This document shows positions 17,722 through 27,479 of a stretch of DNA of 64,000 nt, piece by piece (within the stretch, counting starts at the first letter, position 1; every line of letters begins with the position of its first letter). Made by a program: the position numbers and the translations under genes. This DNA comes from an uncultured candidate division WWE3 bacterium. GTDB taxonomy: Bacteria; Patescibacteriota; WWE3; UBA101185; UBA10185. The notes under the pieces are model-generated. The model saw only the letters and a program-made list of their open reading frames with translations. It was not told the DNA's origin and ran no database searches. The stretch is taken from NCBI GenBank assembly GCA_903879985.1, contig CAIRNR010000007.1:649925-713924 (forward strand), read 5' to 3'.

Positions 17722-19053
17722 TTATTCTATATCGGACAGAAAATTTTCTAAAGACTTTGTTTCCTGTTTTTGGCTTGTTAAGTCTTTTATTGTAACTTGA
17801 CCTGCTTTAAGTTCGTTTTCGCCAATCATTATTACGTATTTTATGTTCTTTTTATCAGCGTATTTTAATTGTTTATCAAGTCTTGTCTCAGATCCTGTCC
17901 AAAGTGTGACATTCTTGCCTTTGTTGCGTAAAGCTTTGGCTACCTCATAGGAAGCTTCGTAGTAGGATGTGCTATTTTTATCGGCCGTTGGCCAAACGGA
18001 AACCAAATATTCGGTTTCGGAGTTTATTAGTTCTGGCAATAAGTTCCAGTTTTTTAAGAACTCAAGTAGGGTAATGTCGCCCATGGCAAATCCTGTTGCT
18101 TCAAGTTTGTAGTTACCAAAAATTTCGATGAGTCTGTCAAAGCGCTCACCGCCAAATAGGGAACGACGATTATTTGGGTTTTTATCGAAGACTTCATATA
18201 CAAGACCGTCGCTGTAATCAAATCCACGAATTATTGAAGGATCAAAGGTAACGTATCTAGCAAGATTAGTTTTTTTAAGCAATTCAAATAGTTTATTAAT
18301 GTTTTGAAATCCAAGGTTATTTTGGAGAATCTCTGTTGGTATTACTTGGTTAAGGTTTTCTAACGTGGAGTTCATGTATTTTTCCACGGTTTCCGCCTGT
18401 GACATGTTTAGGCCGATGTCGGTTAAGGCTTTTATAAAATCATCTTTTTCCATTTTCTTGCGTTTATCCATTAAGCGACGCGTAGACAATACTTTTTCTT
18501 CAGGAAGTTTCAAAGTGTCTTGTAATAAAGCTCCAATTAAGCGACGATCACTTACAAAAACTTCGTACATATTTTCGTTTGCGCCGAATTCTTCCATAAG
18601 AGCAATGATTAGCGAAAAAATTTCAAAGTCGGCTTCGACTCCGGGTATTCCAAATATGTTGCATTCTAGTTGGTAAAATTCACGTCCACGACCAAGCTGT
18701 GGTTTTTCATAACGCCAATTGTTGCCGATCATAAACCACTTAACAGGGGATTGAAGTTCGCCAAATTTTTGTGCCAATAATCTAACGGTTCCAGGTGATA
18801 ATTCTGGTCGCAAGGCTAATTTTCTACCGGCTTTATCTTCAAAGGAAAATAACTGCTGGTTTACTATTTCTTCGCCTGTTTTTGCAGCAAAAATTTCGAG
18901 AGGTTCCAAAATTGGGAAGTCGTATTCTTCAAAGCCAAATCTAACAGCAACACGTTTCCATGTGCTAAAAATGTAGTTGCGTACGCGCATATCGGCTGGG
19001 TAAAAATCGCGCGCGCCTTTGTATGCTTGTGTGTTTAGTTTTTGTTCGGTCAT
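17722..19053 (-). CDS. hisS: histidyl-tRNA synthetase
   Basis: Class II motifs 'GARDFYPADM', 'LRPELSPGTVR' and 'RYEKPQLGRGREFYQ', plus a C-terminal anticodon-binding domain. Confidence 0.85.
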   Translation of the reverse strand: MTEQKLNTQAYKGARDFYPADMRVRNYIFSTWKRVAVRFGFEEYDFPILEPLEIFAAKTGEEIVNQQLFSFEDKAGRKLALRPELSPGTVRLLAQKFGELQSPVKWFMIGNNWRYEKPQLGRGREFYQLECNIFGIPGVEADFEIFSLIIALMEEFGANENMYEVFVSDRRLIGALLQDTLKLPEEKVLSTRRLMDKRKKMEKDDFIKALTDIGLNMSQAETVEKYMNSTLENLNQVIPTEILQNNLGFQNINKLFELLKKTNLARYVTFDPSIIRGFDYSDGLVYEVFDKNPNNRRSLFGGERFDRLIEIFGNYKLEATGFAMGDITLLEFLKNWNLLPELINSETEYLVSVWPTADKNSTSYYEASYEVAKALRNKGKNVTLWTGSETRLDKQLKYADKKNIKYVIMIGENELKAGQVTIKDLTSQKQETKSLENFLSDIE

Positions 19054-19209
19054 ATTCGTATTAATTATATATTACTTTATAATTTAATAGTTAGGGAAGC
19101 GTGTGGAGGTTTTATGCCTTTTTCACACGCTTCCTTTATTTTTTTCTGGATACTTACTTTTGTATGTGTGGTCCAGCTCCTCCAAAATCCCTAACAATGC
19201 TTGTCATTT

Positions 19210-20028
19210 TCAGCTCTCCTTTCTTATGTACGGATATATGCAGGGAAATTTTGCGTCTCCTAGTTTGAACATTTGAATCCTTCGTACCCACGACTCTGTT
19301 TGTTCTGTTCCTTCGGTGGCGAGCAATATTCCCTCGGTTGCTTCAATCAGGTAACCTTCCTCTGCGTATGCTCTAAGCATCAGTTCTGCGATTTTTAATA
19401 GGTCGCTGTCTTTAGGTTCGGCGATTCCGTAATATTTTTGCAGAGATTCTCGTTGGAATTCGGCTTCTCTTAGCAACATATCTTGAGGAATTTCCATTTT
19501 GCCTTGATAAGTGCCCGATCCCATTAGTCCCAAACTACATATTTCCATAAGTTGAGGGAACATTTTCGAAAGTTGTTGGTTTAGACTGCTAACGTATGCC
19601 TTTCTTCTTTCATTCATGATCTCTTTGTTCAACTCATTACCTAATACTGGGGCTTTAAATACTTCGTAACTGTTATCGCCAACAATAATTGTTAGCTTCG
19701 ACGGAATGCCTAACTCCCACAATTTTGTAGTAAGTTGCTGAAGTTTAGGAACTCGCGGAAAGAACAAACCGTCTTTAGGTTCCTCAGTTGGCATAAACAG
19801 TTCCCGTTGATCCGAACTTAGGTATTTACCCCGCATCTTTGGGCATACGAATATCACCAAATTTAAATATCCATATTCTGCCAAAGATTTTTCCACAAAT
19901 TCTAAGGTAGGGAAGTCCTCGTTGTCTTGCAAACGATCAAACTCGCGCAACACCTTCAATACAGCGTCCATTGATACACCTCCTTTCAAGTTATTTAATT
20001 TTTTAAAGACTATTTTTATGTTTTTCAT
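19210..20028 (-). CDS. hypothetical protein (272 aa)
   Basis: Uninterrupted ORF with no recognised motif. Confidence 0.4.
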   Translation of the reverse strand: MKNIKIVFKKLNNLKGGVSMDAVLKVLREFDRLQDNEDFPTLEFVEKSLAEYGYLNLVIFVCPKMRGKYLSSDQRELFMPTEEPKDGLFFPRVPKLQQLTTKLWELGIPSKLTIIVGDNSYEVFKAPVLGNELNKEIMNERRKAYVSSLNQQLSKMFPQLMEICSLGLMGSGTYQGKMEIPQDMLLREAEFQRESLQKYYGIAEPKDSDLLKIAELMLRAYAEEGYLIEATEGILLATEGTEQTESWVRRIQMFKLGDAKFPCIYPYIRKES

Positions 20029-20531
20029 ATTTGCCTTTAGAACGCAAAAAGCTCCCGTTCCTCCCTACATGCGCAGTTATGCGTATATAAAGATGAACGA
20101 GAGCTCATTAATTTGCTTTTAAAACAAAAAAAAGAGACCCCGTGGTCCCATCATCATTCCAATAAGTTATGAACTTACTGACTCTTGGTCCCGACTCCGT
20201 CGCCTAAAGGCCGACATCAGGTGTTTAATTTTACGGTCAAACTTCCGTTTAAGATTGTGCTGCAGCTTGCAGGCTAATCAGCTTTTCTCTTAACAGGATC
20301 CAGGCTTTACTTTAAAGTATTAGCTAGGTTAAAGGCGTGTTCAAAAGAAGTTTATAAGCAGCTTTCACCGTCCTGCTTCGCTATGTATAAATTATTCTTC
20401 CTACTAGTCCCTTATTTATCCTTTATATATGCTATTAAATTTTCAACTGTCCGAATTTTACCATTTTGAAAACTATAAGACAAGTGATAAAATTGCCGAA
20501 ATGCTTTTCATGACTCACAAAGGAGGGAATC

Positions 20532-20804
20532 ATGCAATTCACAATTCCGTTAAACGATGAACAGGATCATGTGATTCACATCGATTGTGTTCGTCAGCCG
20601 ACAGCAAACAAGTGTCACTTAAATGTGAACATTACTTGCCATTGTGGGCAGAATATTTGTGAACCTGTACCTGATGGTTTTTGGAATCTGGTATTGGCTT
20701 CTGTAAAAGAATGGTTTGTTCAAAAGAATAATTTTGGCGGGACACACCTGGATGCACAATGGACTACCAGCGGGCATACGTGCATTGAACTTACGCATTC
20801 GTAG
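20532..20804 (+). CDS. small Cys/His-rich hypothetical protein (90 aa)
   Basis: RBS AAGGAGGG lies 5 nt upstream. A 'CHLNVNITCHCGQNICEP' cluster is present. A terminator follows. Confidence 0.45.
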   Translation: MQFTIPLNDEQDHVIHIDCVRQPTANKCHLNVNITCHCGQNICEPVPDGFWNLVLASVKEWFVQKNNFGGTHLDAQWTTSGHTCIELTHS

Positions 20805-20828
20805 GGGAACGTATGAAGCTTAGCGGTT

Positions 20829-20873
20829 GGGGCGTTCAGTAATAACATTAATTTTACTGGGCGCCCTCTTTTT
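20829..20873 (+). terminator. rho-independent terminator
   Basis: GGGGCGttcagtaataacattaattttactGGGCGCCC followed by TCTTTTTT. Confidence 0.5.
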
Positions 20874-20936
20874 TGCGCGATCTACTTTTCTTCTACACTT
20901 CCCAACGTGGAGGCAACCTGCTAATATATACCCACT

Positions 20937-21590
20937 ATGGAGATAACTTACATCGGGCATTCATGTTTCAAAATAAAAGGTAAAGAGGCGACATTAATGA
21001 TCGACCCTTACGATCCATCTATTGGTTATAAAATGCCAAAGTCCGAAGCTGACATTTTACTTGTCACACACCAGCACCCAGATCACAATAATATTTCAGC
21101 TGTTAACAATTATAAACTTTTAATTGATGGCCCAGGCGAATACGAAACAAAAGGAACTTTTATTCACGGTATTCAAACTTTTCATGATGATAAACAAGGC
21201 GAAGAGAGAGGTAAACAAACTATCTACGAAATCGATTTTGAAGGTATAAACATAGTCCACCTTGGTGACTTAGGTCATGAACTTCCAAAAGATACTTTAG
21301 AGAAAATTTCAAAAGTAGATGTATTAATGATCCCGGGCGGTGGTTTCTATACTATTAATGCTAAAACAGCCGCTAAAGTTATTTCTTCACTCGAGCCAGG
21401 TTATGTAATACCAATGCACTACAAGGATGAAGGCTACACAGGATCGGAAGAGGTAGATAATCTATCTAAATTCCTAGACGAAATGGGACTCGACGAAAAA
21501 ACAGTTCGTAAAGAAGATAAGTTGAAACTTTCTTCTAAAAGCGATATACCTGAGGAAACTGAGGTTATTGTATTAAACCCCAGTCATTAA
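20937..21590 (+). CDS. metallo-beta-lactamase-fold hydrolase
   Basis: 'LLVTHQHPDHNN' is an HxHxDH motif. 'HLGDLGH' is also present. Confidence 0.7.
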   Translation: MEITYIGHSCFKIKGKEATLMIDPYDPSIGYKMPKSEADILLVTHQHPDHNNISAVNNYKLLIDGPGEYETKGTFIHGIQTFHDDKQGEERGKQTIYEIDFEGINIVHLGDLGHELPKDTLEKISKVDVLMIPGGGFYTINAKTAAKVISSLEPGYVIPMHYKDEGYTGSEEVDNLSKFLDEMGLDEKTVRKEDKLKLSSKSDIPEETEVIVLNPSH

Positions 21591-21595
21591 TTTCA

Positions 21596-22933
21596 ATGGC
21601 TCCACACAAAGAACAAAAATTAAATCCATCGGTACATGTACCGCCACACGATATTGACGCGGAAAAATCCGTTATTGGTGCGCTACTTATTGATAAAGAT
21701 GCCATCGTTAAGGTAGTAGAATTTTTAAGACCTCAACACTTTTATAGAGACGCTCATTCTCAGATTTACCAAGCAATAATGACTTTGTACGAAAAGCGCG
21801 AGCCTGCAGATTTAATCACTATTCCTAATCAGTTAAAAAAGATGGGCGAACTCGAGCGTATTGGTGGTGTTACATACTTAACCGAACTTGTAAACTCTGT
21901 TCCAACTGCTGCTAACATAGAAGCTTACGCAAAATTGATAAAAACCGACGCCGTTAAGCGTGCGATGATTACTGTCGCATCTCAAATAGGGGAAATGGTC
22001 TTCGAAGAATCAGAGGTTGCAGATTTATTAGATAAATCTGAGCAATTATTGTACGCAGTGTCCCAGGATATGATGTATCAGGACTTTATTCCTATTAAAG
22101 ATACTTTGGAAATTACGTTTGAGCGTTTAGACGAATTAAGTAAACATAAAGGGGCACTCCGTGGCGTACCTACGGGTTTAAAGACAATTGATAAGATGCT
22201 ATCGGGTTTGCAAAAAGAAACTTTGGTAATTTTGGCCGCGCGACCTTCTGTTGGTAAAACTTCACTTGCTTTAAATATTGCCCAACATGCGGCTGTAGAT
22301 AAACACTTTGGTATTGCTATATTCTCACTGGAAATGGGACGAGAAATGTTAGTAGATAAGCTTATATCTGCAGAAGCGGGCATTGATAACTGGAAAATAG
22401 CTACAGGTAACCTAGACGAAGAAGATTTTGAAAAATACGGAGTCGCCGCAGGAGAATTAGCAGAAGCTTCCATTTTTATCGACGACACTCCTGGTATCTC
22501 GACATTAGAAATGAGAACAAAAGCTCGAAGATTATTGCTTGAACACAAAATAGATCTAATTATTGTAGATTACTTGCAATTGATTCACGGCCCTAAGACA
22601 GAGAGTAGAGTACAGGAAGTATCCGAAATTTCTCAGGGTTTAAAAAACTTAGCAAGAGAGTTAAAAGTTCCGGTGCTTGCCTTATCCCAACTTTCTCGTG
22701 CAGTTGAGCAAAGAGGTGGAGATAAAAGACCTCAACTTTCGGATTTACGAGATTCTGGTTCTATTGAGCAAGATGCCGACGTAGTTATGTTTTTGTACCG
22801 CCCAAATGAAGAAGATAGAAGTAATTTAAGACTCAATGTTGCTAAACACCGAACAGGTGCAACCGGAGAAATCGATTTATTCTTTAAAGGTGAGATCACT
22901 AAGTTCTTTGAGATTGAATCTAAGAACCAGTAG
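21596..22933 (+). CDS. dnaB: replicative DNA helicase DnaB
   Basis: Walker A 'ARPSVGKTSLALNIA', Walker B 'IVDYLQLI' and the RecA-like 'SQLSRAVEQR'. Confidence 0.85.
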   Translation: MAPHKEQKLNPSVHVPPHDIDAEKSVIGALLIDKDAIVKVVEFLRPQHFYRDAHSQIYQAIMTLYEKREPADLITIPNQLKKMGELERIGGVTYLTELVNSVPTAANIEAYAKLIKTDAVKRAMITVASQIGEMVFEESEVADLLDKSEQLLYAVSQDMMYQDFIPIKDTLEITFERLDELSKHKGALRGVPTGLKTIDKMLSGLQKETLVILAARPSVGKTSLALNIAQHAAVDKHFGIAIFSLEMGREMLVDKLISAEAGIDNWKIATGNLDEEDFEKYGVAAGELAEASIFIDDTPGISTLEMRTKARRLLLEHKIDLIIVDYLQLIHGPKTESRVQEVSEISQGLKNLARELKVPVLALSQLSRAVEQRGGDKRPQLSDLRDSGSIEQDADVVMFLYRPNEEDRSNLRLNVAKHRTGATGEIDLFFKGEITKFFEIESKNQ

Positions 22934-22989
22934 TGCGTAGCAGGGGACAAACTGCTATAATCTGTAAGCTTTTTAGGTAATTATTGTGG

Positions 22990-23076
22990 GCCGTGGTGGC
23001 GGAATGGTATACGCGGTGGTCTCAAAAACCACTGGGATCTAATCCCGTGTGAGTTCGACTCTCACTCACGGCACCA
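22990..23076 (+). tRNA. tRNA-Leu (anticodon CAA), class II with long variable arm, CCA encoded
   Basis: Acceptor stem GCCGTGG/TCACGGC. Anticodon stem GTGGT/ACCAC with loop CT-CAA-AA. T-arm GTGAG-TTCGACT-CTCAC. Ends ACCA. Confidence 0.8.
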
Positions 23077-23216
23077 TATAAATCTCTGCAGTATGTAGGG
23101 AACGACGTTTTTCCATTTAAAGCTTCTATTTGCATACTAACTATATTTCCTCTAAAATCCCGTTAATTGTTGCTAATCTAATCCAAAAAACCAATCAAAG
23201 AAAGTGAGAGAACAGT

Positions 23217-23522
23217 ATGTTTGAAGTACATGATCCCAAAAAGCATGGATCTGTTACATGGTTTATTGAGAATGCCCTTTGTGTGATTAAGGCTTATATG
23301 CCAGAGAAATATGAAGGTCGTTCGGCTGAATGGCTTTCGGAAAAATTGAACACGAACAAGGTTTTTGCAATGAGGTTCCTTCATGGTGACGTATCCATGG
23401 TCTCATTGTTTATGGCCCAAAAAATAGTAGATCTGTGCAATGATTTAGGCGTGGACGTGCTTATCAGTACTTTGCTGACACGCGATCCTGCTGAATTCAA
23501 ACCACAGGACTACAAAAAATAA
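23217..23522 (+). CDS. hypothetical protein (101 aa)
   Basis: ORF with RBS-like GAGAGAA upstream. No motif. Confidence 0.35.
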   Translation: MFEVHDPKKHGSVTWFIENALCVIKAYMPEKYEGRSAEWLSEKLNTNKVFAMRFLHGDVSMVSLFMAQKIVDLCNDLGVDVLISTLLTRDPAEFKPQDYKK

Positions 23523-23650
23523 AACGAGTTTTAAAAATATTGATTTAGCAACATAAGGTTATAGCGGCACCAGTCATAAAAGACAAAGCCGCTATTTTAC
23601 TGCGTCAGGGGGTTGTTACTACCCATGAACTTGGAGTACAATATCCCCGT

Positions 23651-24202
23651 ATGCTAGCCTCAGACCTAAAAACAGGAAAAATATTTCAAGAAAACGGAAC
23701 CCCTCTATTGGTTCTAAAGTACGAACACATAAAAGTAAGCCGAGGAAGTGCCCAGGTTAAGGTTCGTGTTCGAAACTTGCTAACCGATCAGGTGTTTGAG
23801 CGCAGTTTTCAGTCGACGGGAAAAGTAGAACCAGCAGATGTTTACATGAAGAATGTTCAGTACTTATATAATGACGGTTCATTTGTCTTTATGGACCCAG
23901 ATACCTTCGAGCAGTTCTCAATTGATCAGGAAGTAATAGGGGACAGTTCTAGATTTTTAATTGAAGGACAAACCTGCTTAGTTCAGTACTTTAACGACAA
24001 AGCCATTTCAGTAGAATTGCCCGCAACCATGATTTTTGAGGTCGACTACACAGAACCAGGCTTTAAAGGAAATACAGTTTCAAATGTCTTAAAAGATGCA
24101 ACTTTGACTAATGGTGCAGTAGTAAAGGTGCCTACCTTCGTGAAAATAGGCGACAAAGTTAAAATCGATACTCGTTCCGGTGAATACGTTTCAAAGGCGT
24201 AA
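23651..24202 (+). CDS. efp: elongation factor P
   Basis: Length and 'KVSRGSAQVKVRVRNLLTDQVFERSF' are EF-P-like, and three OB/KOW-like segments are present. Confidence 0.75.
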   Translation: MLASDLKTGKIFQENGTPLLVLKYEHIKVSRGSAQVKVRVRNLLTDQVFERSFQSTGKVEPADVYMKNVQYLYNDGSFVFMDPDTFEQFSIDQEVIGDSSRFLIEGQTCLVQYFNDKAISVELPATMIFEVDYTEPGFKGNTVSNVLKDATLTNGAVVKVPTFVKIGDKVKIDTRSGEYVSKA

Positions 24203-24242
24203 ACTTCACACGCCAATCCCGTTGATATAGTACAATTAGCAT

Positions 24243-25256
24243 ATGCTGTTAACTGAAACGATTACACTAAGTAGTCTCACATTTCCTACATTCTATTTAG
24301 TAATACTGTTGGGTTTTATTTTTTGGTTGTTCATTTTGTGGTACGAATCAAAAAAGGATGGTTTTGACACAGAACATTTCTTTGATTTGGTATCTTTGTC
24401 ACTCATTTGTGGTGCTGTGGCTTATTGGGCAGCTCATTCTTTTTATAACTATTTGGAAATATATTACCCTACAAACATTTTACTAAAGCCGGATAAGGCC
24501 TTGATTATGGTATTCACGCCCTTTTGGGCGGCTTTGATCCCAACTTTTATTATGGCGGCTAAGAGAAAATGGTCGAAATATCGTATTTTGGATATATATG
24601 CCTTAGCATTTGGGTTTTTGACTATCTTCCTGAGTTTTGGGTGGTTTTTAATCTACGGCACGTTTGAATATATGGTTGTGGCAGCGTTAACGCTAATCTT
24701 TTACTTTGGTGTTTTAAGATTTAGAGGTTACAAATTCGTGTCAGGTCTCGTATTTTCGCAATTTATCTTCTTTTTAATCCTTCTGCTTGTTTCGTTCCTA
24801 CGTTATCAGGGTTACTTGCTCTTTTCTGGGGTATTGTTTATGATTGCAGTAGTTAATTTGTACTTTAGGAGAAAAAGATATATGCAGAATAAAAGAAGTT
24901 TACCTATAGATTTACTAAACTTAGTAAAATCAAAGCTTACTAAAAGAGAAAAAGAGTTGACGCAAGAACAACAGTTGTTGCATAAAGAAGACCCTTATCA
25001 AGCGGAGAATAGAGATTCAGGCAATTCTGAATATATAGATGAAGCAATACTGGAAGATCAGGCTAAAACTGAGATTGATGCCAGAATGGATATCGCCAGT
25101 GGTATGAAATTGCAGATACGTAAAGCTTTGGCAGCACTTAAGATTGGAAAATATGGTATTTGTGAGGTTTGCGGTAAACCAATAGATCCAGCCAGACTTA
25201 GGGTATATCCACAAGCAACAACTTGTATGGAACATGCAGATCGACCATCTGCCTAA
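24243..25256 (+). CDS. polytopic membrane domain fused to a DksA/TraR-type C4 zinc finger
   Basis: About 7 TM helices (aa 1-210) are followed by a coiled coil and 'CEVCGKPIDPARLRVYPQATTCMEHA'. The position upstream of lspA-rluD resembles ylyA-lspA-rluD of Firmicutes. Confidence 0.5.
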   Translation: MLLTETITLSSLTFPTFYLVILLGFIFWLFILWYESKKDGFDTEHFFDLVSLSLICGAVAYWAAHSFYNYLEIYYPTNILLKPDKALIMVFTPFWAALIPTFIMAAKRKWSKYRILDIYALAFGFLTIFLSFGWFLIYGTFEYMVVAALTLIFYFGVLRFRGYKFVSGLVFSQFIFFLILLLVSFLRYQGYLLFSGVLFMIAVVNLYFRRKRYMQNKRSLPIDLLNLVKSKLTKREKELTQEQQLLHKEDPYQAENRDSGNSEYIDEAILEDQAKTEIDARMDIASGMKLQIRKALAALKIGKYGICEVCGKPIDPARLRVYPQATTCMEHADRPSA

Positions 25257-25262
25257 AAACCA

Positions 25263-25577
25263 GTGTTTGTTAACTCTTACAATTGTACTTATGTATTCTC
25301 GGGACTAATGTCTCAGAATTTATTCGTTTTTCTAACTTTTGCTGTACTTTTGGTGTTTGTTTATGTATATATAACAACGCACAAGAGGACGATAGTCTCA
25401 AACATTGGTATTGTGACGCTGTTTTGTGGTGGTACGCTAAATTTGATAGAACGCCTAAGATTTGGTTGTGTTAAGGATTATCTCAACTTTTTCGGTTTAT
25501 TTGCATTTAACGTGTATGATGTCATGGTTAGCGTAGGAATTTTATTGATCGTTTGGAACCTATGGAAGAAAAAATAA
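25263..25577 (+). CDS. lspA: short lipoprotein signal peptidase-like protein (LspA C-terminal motifs only)
   Basis: 'GGTLNLIERLRFGCVKDYLNF' and 'FNVYDVMVSVGILLIV' match the LspA GGxxxNLIDR and FNxADxxI motifs. The N-terminal 'N-GAAF' region is absent. Confidence 0.45.
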   Translation: MFVNSYNCTYVFSGLMSQNLFVFLTFAVLLVFVYVYITTHKRTIVSNIGIVTLFCGGTLNLIERLRFGCVKDYLNFFGLFAFNVYDVMVSVGILLIVWNLWKKK

Positions 25578-26257
25578 CAAAAATCTATGAAAATGACGAC
25601 TATGTCGTAATAGACAAACCCGCAGGGCTTGTTGTAAACCGTTCCAATACCAACGCTACCGAGACATTACAAGACATGTTAGAAGAAGAGTCTGATACTT
25701 ATCAAACAGCCACAGAAACCGATTTTTCATCAAGAGCGGGTATTGTTCATAGATTGGACAAGGACACTTCAGGCGTTTTGGTTGTAGCGAAGAATGAAGA
25801 AACGTTTCTAAACTTGCAAAAGCAGTTCAAAGAACGTCAAACTAAGAAAGAATATCTTGCCATAGTTTATGGTCAAATAGCAGACTTTATTATAGATATT
25901 GACGCACCCATAAGAAGAAATCCTTCTAATCCTTTGAAGTTAGCTATTGTTGCAGACGGTAAGCCTTCTCAGACACATATAGAACGAGTTAAAAACTTTG
26001 GTATAGGTCAAAACATGTATTGTTTGTTAAAAGTGTATCCAAAGACCGGTCGTACACATCAGATTCGTGTACACCTAACTGCGTTAAATCATCCTATTGT
26101 AGGAGATCACATATATGCTTCTAAGAATTTATTAATGAACTCCAGTACTGATTTTTCCAGATTAATGCTTCATGCAAAGTCTTTAAGTTTCCTAGATCCA
26201 AAAACAGCAAAGCCTGTTGAATACGTTTCCCCAACACCACTTGAATTTGAAGTCTAA
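25553..26257 (+). CDS. rluD: RluA-family pseudouridine synthase
   Basis: Catalytic 'HRLDKDTSGVLVVAKN' and 'THQIRVHL'. Confidence 0.8.
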   Translation: MEPMEEKITKIYENDDYVVIDKPAGLVVNRSNTNATETLQDMLEEESDTYQTATETDFSSRAGIVHRLDKDTSGVLVVAKNEETFLNLQKQFKERQTKKEYLAIVYGQIADFIIDIDAPIRRNPSNPLKLAIVADGKPSQTHIERVKNFGIGQNMYCLLKVYPKTGRTHQIRVHLTALNHPIVGDHIYASKNLLMNSSTDFSRLMLHAKSLSFLDPKTAKPVEYVSPTPLEFEV

Positions 26258-26300
26258 CTATTGCCTACAAATACACAATATTGCATAATATTAGTGCGAT

Positions 26301-27392
26301 ATGCCTGCCTATACCAATACTCTAAGTAAAAGTAGTTATAAAAGTAGCCCTAAGAAACCCAAAAATGTTTCCAGTCGTAAAAAAATTGTTAACAGGGCTG
26401 CGAAGAAACATCTTGGTAGAATACTTATTACCGCATCTATCATACTGGTGTCGGCTTTGTTTTTAGGTACATACGGTTTATTTAAATATCTCAATAAAAA
26501 CTTTGCTTCTGCTTTATCCGTTTCAAATTATTCAATTGATAATGACGATTTTCCGAGTGTTGCCTATATCACAGTAGAGGATTTTAATGCTGACCCGATT
26601 GTTGTAAAAAAAGTTGAATTTTTCATTTTTGATAAAACTAAAAAAGAAGTTGTTCGTTACGATATTCCTTTAGACTTTGTAGCGGCTGTTCCCGGTAAAT
26701 TTGGCCAAGAAGAAATTTCACGTATTTTTGCGTTAGGCGCATTGAACTCTAAGGACCCCTTGGTGGATGGTACAAATTTAATGGAAAAGACTTTGTTTAA
26801 AACTTTTGCCTATAAGGTTGATAAATATATACTTATTGATCAAAGCTTGGAAAAAGATACAGATAAACTTTTTAACGGAAGTAGCGTGCTTAGTTATTTA
26901 GATTTAAAAGAGGTTTCTGGGATATCTCGTTCTTTGCACACGGATATGACTTTAAAAGAGTTATATGAAATTAATAGATTCATTAGTTCTATACCCTTGG
27001 ACAAAAAGGTTATTCATAACTCCGCAGACGCTTTTGCCGCTGCCGACGAAGAAATCAAAGAATTAACCTACGATTCCAAAATAGTTTCCGAAAAAAAGAA
27101 TATTGCATTACTAAATGGTACTGATTTTTCCGGAGTTGCCACTTTTGCTTCTAGAGTGGTAACAAACATGGGAGGTAGAGTAGTGGCATCGTCAAATACT
27201 CAAAACACCTATGATACCAGTTGCATAATTACAGACGATCCCACAAGTTCTACAGTAGCCTTCTTATCTAGGGTATTTCATATAACCAAAATACTAACAA
27301 AGGCCGATGCTACAGGGTTTTTCGAGAGCGAGATTGATAGGGCAGACATCACCGTTATCTTCGGATTTGACATTTCTGGGCAAGTATATTAG
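26301..27392 (+). CDS. membrane-anchored LytR-CpsA-Psr (LCP)-like protein
   Basis: A basic N-terminus plus TM helix is followed by 'IPLDFVAAVPGKFGQEEISRIFALGALNS...VDKYILIDQS', which resembles LCP 'IPRDxxVxIPG.G..KIN.A...IDYYV'. The match is remote. Confidence 0.35.
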   Translation: MPAYTNTLSKSSYKSSPKKPKNVSSRKKIVNRAAKKHLGRILITASIILVSALFLGTYGLFKYLNKNFASALSVSNYSIDNDDFPSVAYITVEDFNADPIVVKKVEFFIFDKTKKEVVRYDIPLDFVAAVPGKFGQEEISRIFALGALNSKDPLVDGTNLMEKTLFKTFAYKVDKYILIDQSLEKDTDKLFNGSSVLSYLDLKEVSGISRSLHTDMTLKELYEINRFISSIPLDKKVIHNSADAFAAADEEIKELTYDSKIVSEKKNIALLNGTDFSGVATFASRVVTNMGGRVVASSNTQNTYDTSCIITDDPTSSTVAFLSRVFHITKILTKADATGFFESEIDRADITVIFGFDISGQVY

Positions 27393-27479
27393 ACTTTCAG
27401 CTAGTACTCTCTCCTTTCTACCCCCGTCCCAAATTAGGGCGGGGGCTTTTGTGTTTTAAACCCCCTTTTATAAAAAAAT

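Noticed and set aside
20029-20531. Tested the long intergenic region for RNase P, tmRNA or SRP RNA
   Set aside because: No GGAAAGUCCGG / AGGGUGAAA, tag-peptide plus tRNA-like end, or GGAAGCAGCC domain IV motifs were found by eye. It is kept only as a low-confidence unknown-RNA candidate.
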